A stretch of 64,000 bases of DNA from a virus. Both the position numbers and the translations under genes were made by a program. The stretch is taken from the IMG/VR virus record IMGVR_UViG_3300037092_000015, positions 11,478 to 75,477 of that record. One strand, 5' to 3'. Of the stretch, positions 7,902 to 18,085 are shown piece after piece. Below the pieces are notes generated by a model, which ran no database searches, was not told the origin of the DNA, and saw nothing but the letters and a program-made list of their open reading frames with translations. The stretch's first letter is position 1. Each line of letters begins with the position of its first letter.

Positions 7902-10900
7902 GACGTGAATTTCTTGTAAGCATCGGCAAACACTGGAGTATTGGCCGCAATGGTTCGGCACGCAGCCAAGTAGAACCCGTAGATCGTCGCCACGTCCCCG
8001 TAACTGCCGTCCCCGTTCGGTGGGGTGGGGATTCCGGTTGGCAATCCGTCCGCAAAGTCCGCTGTGACAACATTCGTCGTCGGGTCATAGGGCAGCGTGA
8101 TGCCAGTCGGCAGTATCGGTGCGGTTTCGTTTTTAAGCCATCCGAGATTGGCCGGGTAAGTGGCGCGGGCCTCGACCAAAGGAGGCGCGGGGTAATACTT
8201 AACCATCGGAATGGGCGGGTCGGAATCCGGGTCTCCGGCTATGTCCGCCAGGCCGCTCCCGTCATCCGACGACCATTGGAATTGCGGACTGGACGCAGCG
8301 GTTTCCGGCGCGAACGGAGGCTGCCAAAACGGGTCCACCATCGCCGTCGGCGCAGCCCCCATCCAAAACGCCCCAAACGCATCATCAAAAAGAAACGTGC
8401 CCGGGAAGTCGAACAGCTTCTGGTTGCGGAAAGATTCCAACGGCACGGGCGGCGGCGGGAGCGAGCCGCCGGTGTGTGCTGGCCCGCTGCCTGTGTCCGC
8501 TGGCGGCGAGTAGAACGGCACAAACCCTACCACCGCCGGGCAGCACGGACTCATTCGGATATTCGCATCCAACACTTGAGCCGGCATCACTCCCGGCTGC
8601 GGGGCACTCAGGCCGGCCCCATTCCATGCCACCGCCGGGCCGGTATAGCCTGGAGCCGGTGTTGTCTGTACCGCCCGAATGTTGAACCCCCACTGCACCT
8701 GCACGAAGTCGCCTTTGGGCCGATTGTCATCATACTCTGGCTTGAACACGTTGTCTGTCGTGCGCAGCTGGGTTCCAACCGAATAGAGCAGGTGCGGGCA
8801 AAGGAATGCCGCCGTGGTGAAGTTCCCAACGGCGTAGGCCACTGCGCCAACCGGCACTGTGCCGCCCGTCGTCCACGTCACCTCGTCGTCCGAGGTAGTG
8901 CCGCCGACCGTCGGGTTCCAGGTCGGCGCTATGCCGTTGCTGGTGCCTCCGGTGGTAGCCGTCTGGATTGTCTGCCCGACGAGAATCTTCTGGCCGGTGA
9001 CGTAATCCGTCGATGCTTCCCATGCGCCGTATTTTGTGAGGGTCGCGGTGCTGCCAACTTGCGCGTGCGGGTTCCTGTTGCTCGCGTCCGGAGCGTAGCA
9101 ATCCACCAACAGGGTCGGGTTGCCGCTGGCCGCAAGCCAGTAGGGGGTTGCCGGCATCACGAAGTTGGTGTTCGCCGTGCCGTCCCACCAAGCCGCGCAA
9201 TCCAGCACCCCAAACGGCGGCGCGGTCCAGAAGCGCATCATACCGACGTAGCCCTCGCCAATGTCTGCCCCGGTTGGAATGTCGCCCAGTCTTGTTCCTA
9301 CGCTCAAAGTGAAAGAGCCGTCTCCGTTGTCTGTGCAACCTGTCACTGAATACACCCCGTCGCCGCCGATCATCACGTTACCGCTTGCGACCAAACCTCC
9401 CAGAAGCGGCGTAGCAGCGTTATTGGTTTTCGTCACGTTCAAACTTCCGCTAGAGCCAGAGCCGGAATTGACGGCGCATACTGTCGTCTGGTCCACCGCA
9501 AACTTGTCCAGCCCGTAAGGCCGGGCGAAGTTCACTGACTGCCAAATCTCCTTCGCCTCGACATACTTCCCGCCGACCATGATCGCGTCCTTCTCCCGGA
9601 GCCAGGAGTTCGGCAGGTTCCCGTATTGCGCTCCTGAGTCGTATTGGGACTCGAATCGGTTCATCCAGCGCATCGCCGTCGCTGGCAGGCTCCCGTCGAA
9701 TGTTCCGCCGTGCGAGATGCAAGACCACACCCATCCTCCATCATCGGATACGGTGTCATTCCAGCGCAACCAGTTCTGCGCGGCGAACCAGAAGTGCTCG
9801 TCGCTCCCGGCGGCGTTATGGCTGACAATCGCCCCCGAGTATAGCGGCCCGGCAAGGTGACTGCCTGCCACGTTGCTGTTGTTCACACTACCGTCTAGCC
9901 CGACCCACATGAAGCCCGTCGGGTCGAAGTATGTCCGCTGCGGCCAGGTGGAGTCCTCATTCTGTGCCTGGGTATAATCGTTCACCGTCGCCATCGTCGG
10001 CTGCGGCTCCGTCGGCCCCACCTCCACCTCGTCAAAAACGACCAGCGGCGCGTTGGCTAGCTCCTCATCCATTCGATACGGATAGATGGTGTCACTCGTC
10101 ATGTTCCACGCATCTGCAAGCGCCAGCCAGTCCGCGTAGCAGTCCGCCGAAGTGTAGGGGTCGGTCAGCGCCAGCGTCGCTGCATTGGTCTGCGTATAGA
10201 TGGTACCCTCCGAGGATGCAGCTGCTTCTGAATAGCCGTAGGATAGCAAAGTATTTCCCCACGTAGCCGACTCGGTGGTATCATACGCCTCCACCGTCTT
10301 CACCACCGTCTCCACCACCGAGGTTTGCAAGTAGTGCGTCGTTAGCGAGCAACTGCCGGAAGAAATAACCACCACTGCCGTCGCGTTGGTGACATTCCCC
10401 TCACCGTCGTCCGTGCCAAACGTCCACGTCCATGAAGTGCCACCGCCCGTCACGACCCCACTAACTCCGCCGTCAGAAACTAGAAGCGGATAGTTCTGAA
10501 ACTGCGCTATGAAATAGAGAATAATTGCGTCGTGGTCCCACCCCACAATTTGCGCGAATAGCCCGCCAGCATCCACCCAGGGATTAACGTCCCCCACCGG
10601 AGTATATGCCGGGTCGGGTGTATAGCTCAGCACGTTTCCGAGCGAGTATGTCTGGATTCCCGTGTAACGCCCCACCGTAGAAGCCCCGCTAACAGTTCGT
10701 ATGCTGGTCCCAGGTCTGCCGTTCTGCTCTGGGTCGGTCGGGTCCCATATTGAAACGACCCGCTCCATCGTTAGGCTTGTGATTGCCGCCGTCCGGTAGC
10801 GCACCTGCGGAGCCACATTGTTGAACCCCGTAACCGTGGACCACATTCCGGCGGGCGGGTTTTGAACGTTACCATCCGTCGAACCCGTCGTGCAACTCAC

Positions 10901-11389
10901 CGAGACAATCGGAGTCGGGTCGTTCCGGTCGTTTATGCCCAGTATGCCCTGCCAGTATTTGCGGGCGTTGACCCATTTCGCGCCGACCTTGTGGCATTTC
11001 TTGAAGCTGACCTTCGTTCTGTCGGGTGAGTAGCAGTTGTGGTCAATGGCCTGGACCGGCAGACCTCCGCAAGCCATGATGTCGTTCACCGTGTCCTGAA
11101 TTTGCTGGGCGCTGATGCCGTTCAGGTCCCCGAACAGCCATGCACCGCACAGTCCAGTGCTTAGGACGCACGGCACTGGCGGGTCCAGTAATCCATCGTA
11201 AGCCTGATCCGTCCTGGGAACCGGAGACCCTGTGCTATAAGTCGGCGGCGATGCCCCGTCCGACTTCCGAACCGCCGTCACGTTCGCCAGCCGAGGAACC
11301 ACGTCGCATCCGCTAAGGTGATTCGGATGCGTGTAGATGATCGAGCCGAGAGGCGGCAGCCTATACGGGAGTGCGAAATTGCCAGGCAC
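7895..11389 (-). CDS. Large tail-associated structural protein (1164 aa)
   Basis: T/G/S-rich; AWEASTDYVTG...GGTSNGIAPTW...VTWT module common in phage tail proteins. Confidence 0.7.
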   Translation of the reverse strand: MPGNFALPYRLPPLGSIIYTHPNHLSGCDVVPRLANVTAVRKSDGASPPTYSTGSPVPRTDQAYDGLLDPPVPCVLSTGLCGAWLFGDLNGISAQQIQDTVNDIMACGGLPVQAIDHNCYSPDRTKVSFKKCHKVGAKWVNARKYWQGILGINDRNDPTPIVSVSCTTGSTDGNVQNPPAGMWSTVTGFNNVAPQVRYRTAAITSLTMERVVSIWDPTDPEQNGRPGTSIRTVSGASTVGRYTGIQTYSLGNVLSYTPDPAYTPVGDVNPWVDAGGLFAQIVGWDHDAIILYFIAQFQNYPLLVSDGGVSGVVTGGGTSWTWTFGTDDGEGNVTNATAVVVISSGSCSLTTHYLQTSVVETVVKTVEAYDTTESATWGNTLLSYGYSEAAASSEGTIYTQTNAATLALTDPYTSADCYADWLALADAWNMTSDTIYPYRMDEELANAPLVVFDEVEVGPTEPQPTMATVNDYTQAQNEDSTWPQRTYFDPTGFMWVGLDGSVNNSNVAGSHLAGPLYSGAIVSHNAAGSDEHFWFAAQNWLRWNDTVSDDGGWVWSCISHGGTFDGSLPATAMRWMNRFESQYDSGAQYGNLPNSWLREKDAIMVGGKYVEAKEIWQSVNFARPYGLDKFAVDQTTVCAVNSGSGSSGSLNVTKTNNAATPLLGGLVASGNVMIGGDGVYSVTGCTDNGDGSFTLSVGTRLGDIPTGADIGEGYVGMMRFWTAPPFGVLDCAAWWDGTANTNFVMPATPYWLAASGNPTLLVDCYAPDASNRNPHAQVGSTATLTKYGAWEASTDYVTGQKILVGQTIQTATTGGTSNGIAPTWNPTVGGTTSDDEVTWTTGGTVPVGAVAYAVGNFTTAAFLCPHLLYSVGTQLRTTDNVFKPEYDDNRPKGDFVQVQWGFNIRAVQTTPAPGYTGPAVAWNGAGLSAPQPGVMPAQVLDANIRMSPCCPAVVGFVPFYSPPADTGSGPAHTGGSLPPPPVPLESFRNQKLFDFPGTFLFDDAFGAFWMGAAPTAMVDPFWQPPFAPETAASSPQFQWSSDDGSGLADIAGDPDSDPPIPMVKYYPAPPLVEARATYPANLGWLKNETAPILPTGITLPYDPTTNVVTADFADGLPTGIPTPPNGDGSYGDVATIYGFYLAACRTIAANTPVFADAYKKFTSC

Positions 11390-11392
11390 AAC

Positions 11393-11953
11393 TCAACAGG
11401 TTGATTTCCAGAGCAGCCAATACACCTTGTATGGGTCTGCCGTTCCATCCAAGTCTCCCTTCAGCGGAGATCCGCTCGTGGCTGCCACCCCACTCGTAGG
11501 CACCGGGTCTTGCGGCATGTTGTAAGCCCCGCCAGAAGTCTTTTTGGGAACGTCGCAAAGCGCCTGCCAGATTCCCGGAGTGGCGAGGAGGGTTTGTGAT
11601 CCTGGCAGTACCAAATCAATCAAACCCACCGTCGCAATCGGATTCTGCGGCGAGATGCAAACGAACGTGTTCTTTTTAACCGCCACGGATGGGTCAAGTT
11701 CCTTGTAAGGCGTCTGCCACGGAAACTCGCTTGACGGCGAGTCCTGGCTCCCGCCCCGGCGTCGCAAGTTGTTGATCGCTTCTTGGTGTGACCGCACAGC
11801 ATTAGTCAACGACCCTAACTGCGAAGCGGTCTGCTGGTTCTTGATCCACTGCCTGCTAGTGTCTCCCGACTCTCTATGAGAAGACAAAGCTGAGTTTTCA
11901 CGCAGACGCGGAGACGGAGGCGTTGTAATGCGGCTGAGTCGTGTCGGGTTCAT
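11393..11953 (-). CDS. Hypothetical virion-associated protein
   Basis: 186 aa ORF, translationally coupled. Confidence 0.6.
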   Translation of the reverse strand: MNPTRLSRITTPPSPRLRENSALSSHRESGDTSRQWIKNQQTASQLGSLTNAVRSHQEAINNLRRRGGSQDSPSSEFPWQTPYKELDPSVAVKKNTFVCISPQNPIATVGLIDLVLPGSQTLLATPGIWQALCDVPKKTSGGAYNMPQDPVPTSGVAATSGSPLKGDLDGTADPYKVYWLLWKSTC

Positions 11954-12372
11954 GGTTTCACATATTCCGCCCTATCCTTGTCAAATGCCGCCTGCCCGCC
12001 CACTCGTAGAGCGTTGTAAATCGTGTAGGCATGAATGTAGTCCTCACCGAGCCACAGCATGATTTCAAGCAGGAGGTTGTCGCACTCTAGCCGGGTCCAG
12101 TCCAGGCCCAGAAGTCCCTTGTAGCCCGCGTCGTGGTAAACGTATCCCGGCCACACCAGCCCGAATGGCGCAAAGCCGGGGATGGACCAACAAATACCAG
12201 GGATAGAACCCCCGTCCGTCGCGTAGCCTTCTGGCAGTTCTAATACCTCAAGCGTGGAGGTGTCGCCGGGGACGTTGCGAACCTGCGTGGCGTAGCGCGG
12301 CAACGGCGGAACGCCGACCATGTTGCGGCCATCCCGAGTCCGCACCGTGAAGTCTGGAATTATGAATGGCAC
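11950..12372 (-). CDS. DUF1353-family protein
   Basis: PEGYATDGGSIP...HDAGY...CDNLLLEIM...YNALRVGG pattern. Confidence 0.8.
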   Translation of the reverse strand: MPFIIPDFTVRTRDGRNMVGVPPLPRYATQVRNVPGDTSTLEVLELPEGYATDGGSIPGICWSIPGFAPFGLVWPGYVYHDAGYKGLLGLDWTRLECDNLLLEIMLWLGEDYIHAYTIYNALRVGGQAAFDKDRAEYVKP

Positions 12373-12519
12373 ATCACTTCACCCGCGTCAGAACGCTATA
12401 CCACCGCCCGGTCTTGCGGTCCCGCTTGCAGCGCTCGGTGTATTCGCTGCCGTTCAAGAACCGCAGTCGGGGCTGCGGCGTGCGCCGAAACAGCCCTACG
12501 ATGAATGACCAAAGGTGAT

Positions 12520-13272
12520 TCATGTCACGCGCTGGCAGAGCCAGAAGTCACTAGCAAGGTCCGGATCGGTAAAGTAGGTGTATGGAATTGTGAAGTAGCC
12601 TTTGAGGCCCCAAGTCGTGCCCCACGAGTTTCTCACGATGAACGCCTGCTTGCTGTCATCGTATCCGACCAGCAGAACGGCATGGCCGCCTTGAACAGAC
12701 TCTTTGGACAGGTCCGGCATCGGCACCACCCCGGAAGCGGATACAGAATCGCTCTCGAAGCTATCGTAAACGGTGAACCCACCAACGACGGTCCCCTGCA
12801 CCAGAGCAGCCTTGAGGTCTTCCAGAACGGTGTTGTCCACGGCCCGGTATTGAAGCAGGAGTTCCTTGGCTGCGTCCGCGTAGCAGTTGGCTAGCGGCGA
12901 CGCGGCGAACTGCAATTCGTCATAAGGCCACTCGCTCTCAGGACAGCATCCTTGAGAATTGATGCTCTTGATTCCGTCCCGGATTTCCGCTCCCGAGTCG
13001 CTGTCAACACTGTCCTCGATCACGCGTTCGTTGAAGTAGATGAACAGGCGCGACGGCATCACCAACGGCTCGTTCTGAGCGGCTTGCAGGAATTGCAGCG
13101 CACCGGCCAGCGCATTGGCTGTGCATGAACCTAGCTGGCCCTGGTCGTAGCACGGCGGCAGCTTGTCCGTCCAGTCCACTGAGGCGGGTAGCGCGACGGG
13201 AGCACGAAGAAAGCGCCGGTCTCGCTTGTCCGGCCCGGAAGGATGCCAACCGTAACAGTGGTTCGTTCTCAT
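12520..13272 (-). CDS. Papain-like cysteine peptidase (C1A)
   Basis: DQGQLGSCTAN (Gln/Cys), GGHAVLLVGY (His), RNSWG (Asn). Confidence 0.93.
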   Translation of the reverse strand: MRTNHCYGWHPSGPDKRDRRFLRAPVALPASVDWTDKLPPCYDQGQLGSCTANALAGALQFLQAAQNEPLVMPSRLFIYFNERVIEDSVDSDSGAEIRDGIKSINSQGCCPESEWPYDELQFAASPLANCYADAAKELLLQYRAVDNTVLEDLKAALVQGTVVGGFTVYDSFESDSVSASGVVPMPDLSKESVQGGHAVLLVGYDDSKQAFIVRNSWGTTWGLKGYFTIPYTYFTDPDLASDFWLCQRVT

Positions 13273-13481
13273 TTTACGGCGTCAAAAACGAACCCCTCTC
13301 GAAATGCTGCTTCGCTGCCGAACCAAGACAGTATCGGGTCCATAGAAAACGAAGTGACGGTCGCCACTTCAACCTCATGGGTGTCCGCGTCCTCGATCAC
13401 CCCAATTACCTTGTGCCGCAGGAACTTCACCGGCCCCGCAGGTTGCTTCCACCAATGGCCTTGTTTAATCTCCATTTTCAT
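13269..13481 (-). CDS. Hypothetical protein
   Basis: Short ORF coupled to both neighbours. Confidence 0.45.
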   Translation of the reverse strand: MKMEIKQGHWWKQPAGPVKFLRHKVIGVIEDADTHEVEVATVTSFSMDPILSWFGSEAAFREGFVFDAVK

Positions 13482-13936
13482 AGTCTCCACACCAGCCCAG
13501 CCACCAGCCACGGGCTTCGTTCCGTCGTTGCCTTAACCACCCCGAGCGTCAGGTCCAGCGTCTTGACCGGCGTGTCCACCGAGATTCCACCATAGGCCAG
13601 CCCGACTGCCGACCCACTGCCAGAGCCATAAAGCCCCGTAGCCGCCCCAGTGCCCATCCAGGGTGTAATCGTCACCGGCCCGAGCGTCAGCGGGTACTTC
13701 AGTTGGAAGTTGGCCGACGGCATCGCCACGGTAACCGGGCGCGGGAAGTAGTAGAACCCCACCCCGGCCCCGACGTAGGGCGTGGCGTTGTAGATCGCCA
13801 GAACGCCCGCGCCAATCTGCCGGGTGCCCGCGTCGTAGAGGCCGAACGCCGCCACATCGAAGCCGTTAGTCTGCGCCCGCGCTGCCGGGCACAGCAGCGC
13901 GGCGGCAAGGGCGATGAATGCCGCAAGGCGCTTCAT
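13478..13936 (-). CDS. Signal-peptide protein, small outer-membrane beta-barrel-like
   Basis: Signal ending ARA-Q; alternating hydrophobic/aromatic strands; ends VAGLVWRL. Confidence 0.65.
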   Translation of the reverse strand: MKRLAAFIALAAALLCPAARAQTNGFDVAAFGLYDAGTRQIGAGVLAIYNATPYVGAGVGFYYFPRPVTVAMPSANFQLKYPLTLGPVTITPWMGTGAATGLYGSGSGSAVGLAYGGISVDTPVKTLDLTLGVVKATTERSPWLVAGLVWRL

Positions 13937-13937
13937 A

Positions 13938-14396
13938 CTAACGCAAATGTGGCGGGAGCAACTGGGCGGAGACGCGGCGCACGGCGGCGGGTGCGGCGAC
14001 GGGCGGTAGCCCGGCGGTCAGCCCGGCGCACGTCGCTTGCAGGTAAGGCTCCATCGCGGTAGTCGCGTTGGTGCCAATGAGCGACCAGACGCCTTCATAG
14101 GCCAAGAGGGCACCGTCCACGATCAGCTTGGAGTTGCTGTTCGTGATTCCAGCAGCCGACAGGTCGTTGACGATGGTGGCCGGGTTGACGTTGGTGCTGG
14201 ATGCTTCGGCGCAGATTACGTCACGCGCCAGGGCCACATCGGGAGCCGCTTGCGGATAAACATCCAGGCCGACTTGAACCCCAGTGGAGACGGCGGTTTG
14301 CAGCGCGGCGGGCGTCATGACTGAGGTGGTGGAGCATCCGGTCAGCGCGAGGCCGGCCAGGAGCGTGAGGGTGAGTAGTGCTGTTTTGAACTTCAT
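13938..14396 (-). CDS. Lipoprotein
   Basis: Lipobox LALTG-C after a hydrophobic signal. Confidence 0.75.
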   Translation of the reverse strand: MKFKTALLTLTLLAGLALTGCSTTSVMTPAALQTAVSTGVQVGLDVYPQAAPDVALARDVICAEASSTNVNPATIVNDLSAAGITNSNSKLIVDGALLAYEGVWSLIGTNATTAMEPYLQATCAGLTAGLPPVAAPAAVRRVSAQLLPPHLR

Positions 14397-14740
14397 AGTT
14401 TGTCTTTCTTTGGTTGTGCCTTGCGGCGGTTTAACTGTTCTTGAATCGCTTTAATTGAGTCTTGACAGGCGGCGATGTAGGAGAGGTCTTGTTTCTCCGG
14501 CGCTGCCTCAATCTTGGCCTTCTCTACGGCTTTGACAAGCTCTATGGCGAGTTCCAATCCGCCGGCCAGAGACTCGTTCGCCAGGTCAACGGAATGGTGC
14601 CCTATCCAGTCCGCGATGGCGATGTCCTCGTTCGCGGCCCCGGATCGGTAATGGCCTTGCTCCGTGTCGAGTCCCCATTCGCGCGCGCCGTCGCCATTCA
14701 CGGCAGCCTGCGCTTTAAGCCATTCCAGAAGTAGGCCCAC
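14393..14740 (-). CDS. Hypothetical protein
   Basis: 115 aa ORF in operon. Confidence 0.5.
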   Translation of the reverse strand: MGLLLEWLKAQAAVNGDGAREWGLDTEQGHYRSGAANEDIAIADWIGHHSVDLANESLAGGLELAIELVKAVEKAKIEAAPEKQDLSYIAACQDSIKAIQEQLNRRKAQPKKDKL

Positions 14741-14782
14741 GGTAATGAAATTGGTGCCCGTGACACCGCACGGGCGACGGGG

Positions 14783-15097
14783 TTAGGCAGCCGGAGCCGC
14801 CGGAGTGTTCGCCACGACCGCAGCAGCCATAGCCGCCTTGTCGGTGTCGATCTTGGCCTTCAACGCGGCCAACTTGACCGGGTCGGTGCCCGCCGCCGCC
14901 AAAGCGGCAGAGAGGTTAGTCAGCAAGGTCGTCATGCTGGCTTCGACCGTTTCTTCATCTTCAACATCAGCGATGATGTCATCCAATAATGCCATGATAC
15001 GTTTCTCCATGTTTGCCAGGTCTTTGCGTGTTGCCAGTGGCGACTCGGGCCTGCGAGAGTCGTCAGGGACATCTTTTGGGCTGTGGATTGGGTCCAC
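14783..15097 (-). CDS. Ala-rich helical hypothetical protein
   Basis: 104 aa ORF in the membrane/lysis block. Confidence 0.65.
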   Translation of the reverse strand: MDPIHSPKDVPDDSRRPESPLATRKDLANMEKRIMALLDDIIADVEDEETVEASMTTLLTNLSAALAAAGTDPVKLAALKAKIDTDKAAMAAAVVANTPAAPAA

Positions 15098-15101
15098 AGG
15101 C

Positions 15102-15359
15102 TTACCAGTGGATGAACCCGTGTCCGGTGATACTGAACAGCAGGTTGATCGCCCAGATCAGCCCGAGCAGGACAAAGAGAATGTCCCACGCCTTACCGAC
15201 AATCGGTGGAGCGCCAAGCTGTCCGAATATCCACTTGCCCACCCACCAGATGAGCAGAAAGGCCACGCCCATGATGAGAATGAAGATGAGGGTCTGGGCC
15301 ATTCCGCCACCCCCGCCGGTGTTCAAGCTGAAATCTGCGAGTATCGGGACTAAGTTCAT
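15102..15359 (-). CDS. Small 2-TM membrane protein (holin candidate)
   Basis: Two strongly hydrophobic helices. Confidence 0.6.
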   Translation of the reverse strand: MNLVPILADFSLNTGGGGGMAQTLIFILIMGVAFLLIWWVGKWIFGQLGAPPIVGKAWDILFVLLGLIWAINLLFSITGHGFIHW

Positions 15360-15670
15360 AATGTTCTCTCTTGGCCTACCGTGGTTAGTTTCGGCTCCGG
15401 TGGCGAGGCCGCGCCCCCAGTTCCGGTTGACTGCTTCAAATCTTTCACCACGATGCTGTCCGTGCTCTGAAGGTGAGCATCAATTTGCTCTATCTTCTTT
15501 GAGTCCGGAGAGCCGTAAATGATCTTGCGCCAGAGACCTACCAGGCCATTGTTCTTGGCCAGAATTTGAACCACATGGTCAAGCATCCAGTAAACGGCGA
15601 CGGCAGCGTTGATGTAAACCAGCCACTTTGACGGGATGGAGTTGATTATACCGGGTGGCAATTGGTCCAT
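15356..15670 (-). CDS. Membrane protein (holin candidate)
   Basis: One TM segment and a charged C-terminus. Confidence 0.5.
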   Translation of the reverse strand: MDQLPPGIINSIPSKWLVYINAAVAVYWMLDHVVQILAKNNGLVGLWRKIIYGSPDSKKIEQIDAHLQSTDSIVVKDLKQSTGTGGAASPPEPKLTTVGQERTL

Positions 15671-15671
15671 A

Positions 15672-15941
15672 TTATATGTGCTTTACGATGTATTGGACTC
15701 CAATGGCCAGCACAGCCCCAGCCCCGGCAGACATGGTGGCGATTAGCCAACTCTTTAGCTTGGTTAATGCCACGACTTGCTGTGCGATTCCACCTACAGA
15801 ATCACGACCGTAAATCACACGCTCCAATGCGGAGACCCTGGCCAGGATTCCCGGTGCTGCTTCGCCTTCCCCTTCAAGCAGTTGAAGGACTCGGTTCAGC
15901 TTGTTGATAAGGTCTTGACGACTTGGTTCTTCTGTTCCCAT
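15672..15941 (-). CDS. Coiled-coil protein with C-terminal TM (holin-like)
   Basis: N-terminal heptads, C-terminal hydrophobic helix. Confidence 0.55.
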   Translation of the reverse strand: MGTEEPSRQDLINKLNRVLQLLEGEGEAAPGILARVSALERVIYGRDSVGGIAQQVVALTKLKSWLIATMSAGAGAVLAIGVQYIVKHI

Positions 15942-15961
15942 AAATCAATGTCCAACATGCA
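15939..15961. repeat. 23-bp direct repeat, copy 1
   Basis: CATAAATCAATGTCCAACATGCA, identical at 18502-18524. Confidence 0.9.
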
Positions 15962-17657
15962 CAGTGCCCGCATAGATTGTCAATCCGCTGGCCGCTGGCG
16001 GGTTCGTTGCTGGCGCACCGGCAGGCGGGTCCATTCCAAACGCGGCCCGGTAGCCAGCCGGAAGGTTCGTCGCGTCCATCTGCGCGGCGCTGCTCCGGCT
16101 CGGGTCGAACGGCGGCCATGTCAGGTTGCCGAACCATGACGGCGCGTTGGCGTAGAGGTAGCTGTTGGCGATTACTTGGCCATTGGTCAGCGCCTCGCCG
16201 GAAGCCACCCCAGGCCCTCCTTCCGTGGTAACAGCGCACCAGTTTCCAGCCCGGATAAGCCCGGTTTGACCTTCAAGGCTGTAGCAGGTCTGCCAGTCAC
16301 CGCCAACAGCATCGGCTGGCTTGTCGTAATACTGGGTGAAACCCACTTTGCCAATCAAACATCCCACAATGGAGTTGCTATAGCCTGGGTTCAGGATAGT
16401 GATTCCGTAGGTCTGGTAGAGCTTGCCGCCGTCTGATCCATCATCTGTTACAACGCGATCTCGCACTTCCGTAAGTCCCCATGTGATAGTCGGGTCGTTC
16501 GAGTTGTTGGTAAGGCCGTCGTGATAGTAGCACGGTATGGAGTTGCCTTCAAAAAGGGGATAGCCATTAAACCCGCCGTGGCAATAAACAAGCTGCGAAA
16601 TCGTTTTCGGGCTTTGAGAATACGGGCAGTTGGTGATGAAATTGTAGGCGAACACAGAATGCCAACTGCACATCATCGGGTAGAAGTTCGGGGCGTTGTG
16701 CAGATAGCAATTCTCAACCTTGATGCCGGTTCCGTCTTGGTTGAATAGCGCGTAGTCGTTCGCCCCGCCCGCGCTGATGCCGCCCACGTCGCTGTGCTGA
16801 ACCTCGCAGCGGTTGCAGGTGAAGAAGTAAATCTGGCGCGTCTGCGTTGACGAGCCGGTGATGGTGCAGTTCTTAACCCAGCACTCGTCGCAGCCCGAGA
16901 ACGAAATGTAGGTGTTCTCGGTGCCCGTCATGGCGATGTTCTCAACTCCCATCCTGTGATAGACGGTGCCCTTCGACACGCTGGCCTTGAGCGTGGCCGG
17001 GTAGGCCGAATCGAGTGGCGGGTAGAACGAGACTGAGTTGCCCGAGATCGCTGTCACCTTGACGATCATCACGCATGGGTCAGTCCCCAGGAACAAGCTG
17101 AACGTGTCTCCGGACCAGCCGCAGTCTGCCGGGGCAGCGGAGAACCACAAGAGGTTGCTGACCGCGCACCCTGCCGGTATGGACGCCAGCGTGACGTTGC
17201 TGGAGCCGCGGGCGATGCCCGCCGTGACGGCGACGGTATTCCAATCTCCCGATACGCCGGTCAGGAAGTGGTTGCCGTCGCCAAGGTAGATCGTGTAACC
17301 AGCGTTGAAGAAGGTGGCGGGCAGCCCGTTCGCGTTTGTCGCCCCGCGCAGCGTCAGGCCGTCTTTGGCCATGAACAAGTCTCCGTCCATCGTGTTGGTT
17401 CCCGCCGCGATGGTGACAACCGAGTTGGACGGGCACGCCGCGAGCCAGGCGTTAATCGTCGCTGCGTTTGCGGTGATGGGCAGGTTGGTAAAGATGCTGG
17501 TCCGCGCCGGGATGCCGCCCGACACGCCGGCCAGCCCCGCCCAGGAGCCGCCGTAGGGCAGCCGGGCCGAGGGCACCGGGTCTGAGGCGTGGCAGCACAG
17601 CGCAAACGCCATTAGTATGAGCAAGGCCGCCAGTATTATGAACAGCGTGCGCTTCAT
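15945..17657 (-). CDS. Parallel beta-helix (pectin-lyase-like) tailspike/depolymerase candidate with signal peptide
   Basis: Start MKRTLFIILAA overlaps the upstream stop (ATGA); repeats such as CWVKNCTI, CEVQHSDV, IKVENCYL, VFAYNFI. Confidence 0.7.
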   Translation of the reverse strand: MKRTLFIILAALLILMAFALCCHASDPVPSARLPYGGSWAGLAGVSGGIPARTSIFTNLPITANAATINAWLAACPSNSVVTIAAGTNTMDGDLFMAKDGLTLRGATNANGLPATFFNAGYTIYLGDGNHFLTGVSGDWNTVAVTAGIARGSSNVTLASIPAGCAVSNLLWFSAAPADCGWSGDTFSLFLGTDPCVMIVKVTAISGNSVSFYPPLDSAYPATLKASVSKGTVYHRMGVENIAMTGTENTYISFSGCDECWVKNCTITGSSTQTRQIYFFTCNRCEVQHSDVGGISAGGANDYALFNQDGTGIKVENCYLHNAPNFYPMMCSWHSVFAYNFITNCPYSQSPKTISQLVYCHGGFNGYPLFEGNSIPCYYHDGLTNNSNDPTITWGLTEVRDRVVTDDGSDGGKLYQTYGITILNPGYSNSIVGCLIGKVGFTQYYDKPADAVGGDWQTCYSLEGQTGLIRAGNWCAVTTEGGPGVASGEALTNGQVIANSYLYANAPSWFGNLTWPPFDPSRSSAAQMDATNLPAGYRAAFGMDPPAGAPATNPPAASGLTIYAGTVHVGH

Positions 17658-18085
17658 TTCGTCGCAAACCCGCTTGGCAATCGGCGCACAGTGTTGCTGG
17701 CTATCACTGAGAATACCGGCATACCACTCGCAGCTTGATTGATCGTGTTTGTCCATCGCTGAACATGGGTGACGCCGACAGGCATCCAAGGCAGTGATGC
17801 CAATGAGCAACCGTTGGTTATCCCGTGCGCCAGAGTCGTGCTTCTCACTATGAACACCACGTTGCTGGATGGGTTGTTTGTGTCAGCCAACCAATTCCAC
17901 GCAAACACGAACACCGGCGCGGGCGGCACGACAGCCTTTGGAGCTACCAGCATTTCGGCTCCGCGCTTCTCCACCGCCGCCGCCTTGTGGTGCCGGTGCA
18001 TCGGCACGTTAGGCGGCATCGGCGGCAGTTCGGCCCCGAGCGCAGAGACGCACAGGGCCGCGAGGATGACGGGGCGGAGGTTCAC
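17654..18085 (-). CDS. Signal-peptide protein with a small beta domain
   Basis: MNLRPVILAALCVSALGA-E. Confidence 0.55.
   Translation of the reverse strand: MNLRPVILAALCVSALGAELPPMPPNVPMHRHHKAAAVEKRGAEMLVAPKAVVPPAPVFVFAWNWLADTNNPSSNVVFIVRSTTLAHGITNGCSLASLPWMPVGVTHVQRWTNTINQAASGMPVFSVIASNTVRRLPSGFATK

Noticed and set aside
17658-17810. Upstream extension of the 621-aa ORF
   Set aside because: Overlaps the preceding gene; ATGA coupling and the signal peptide indicate a start at 17657
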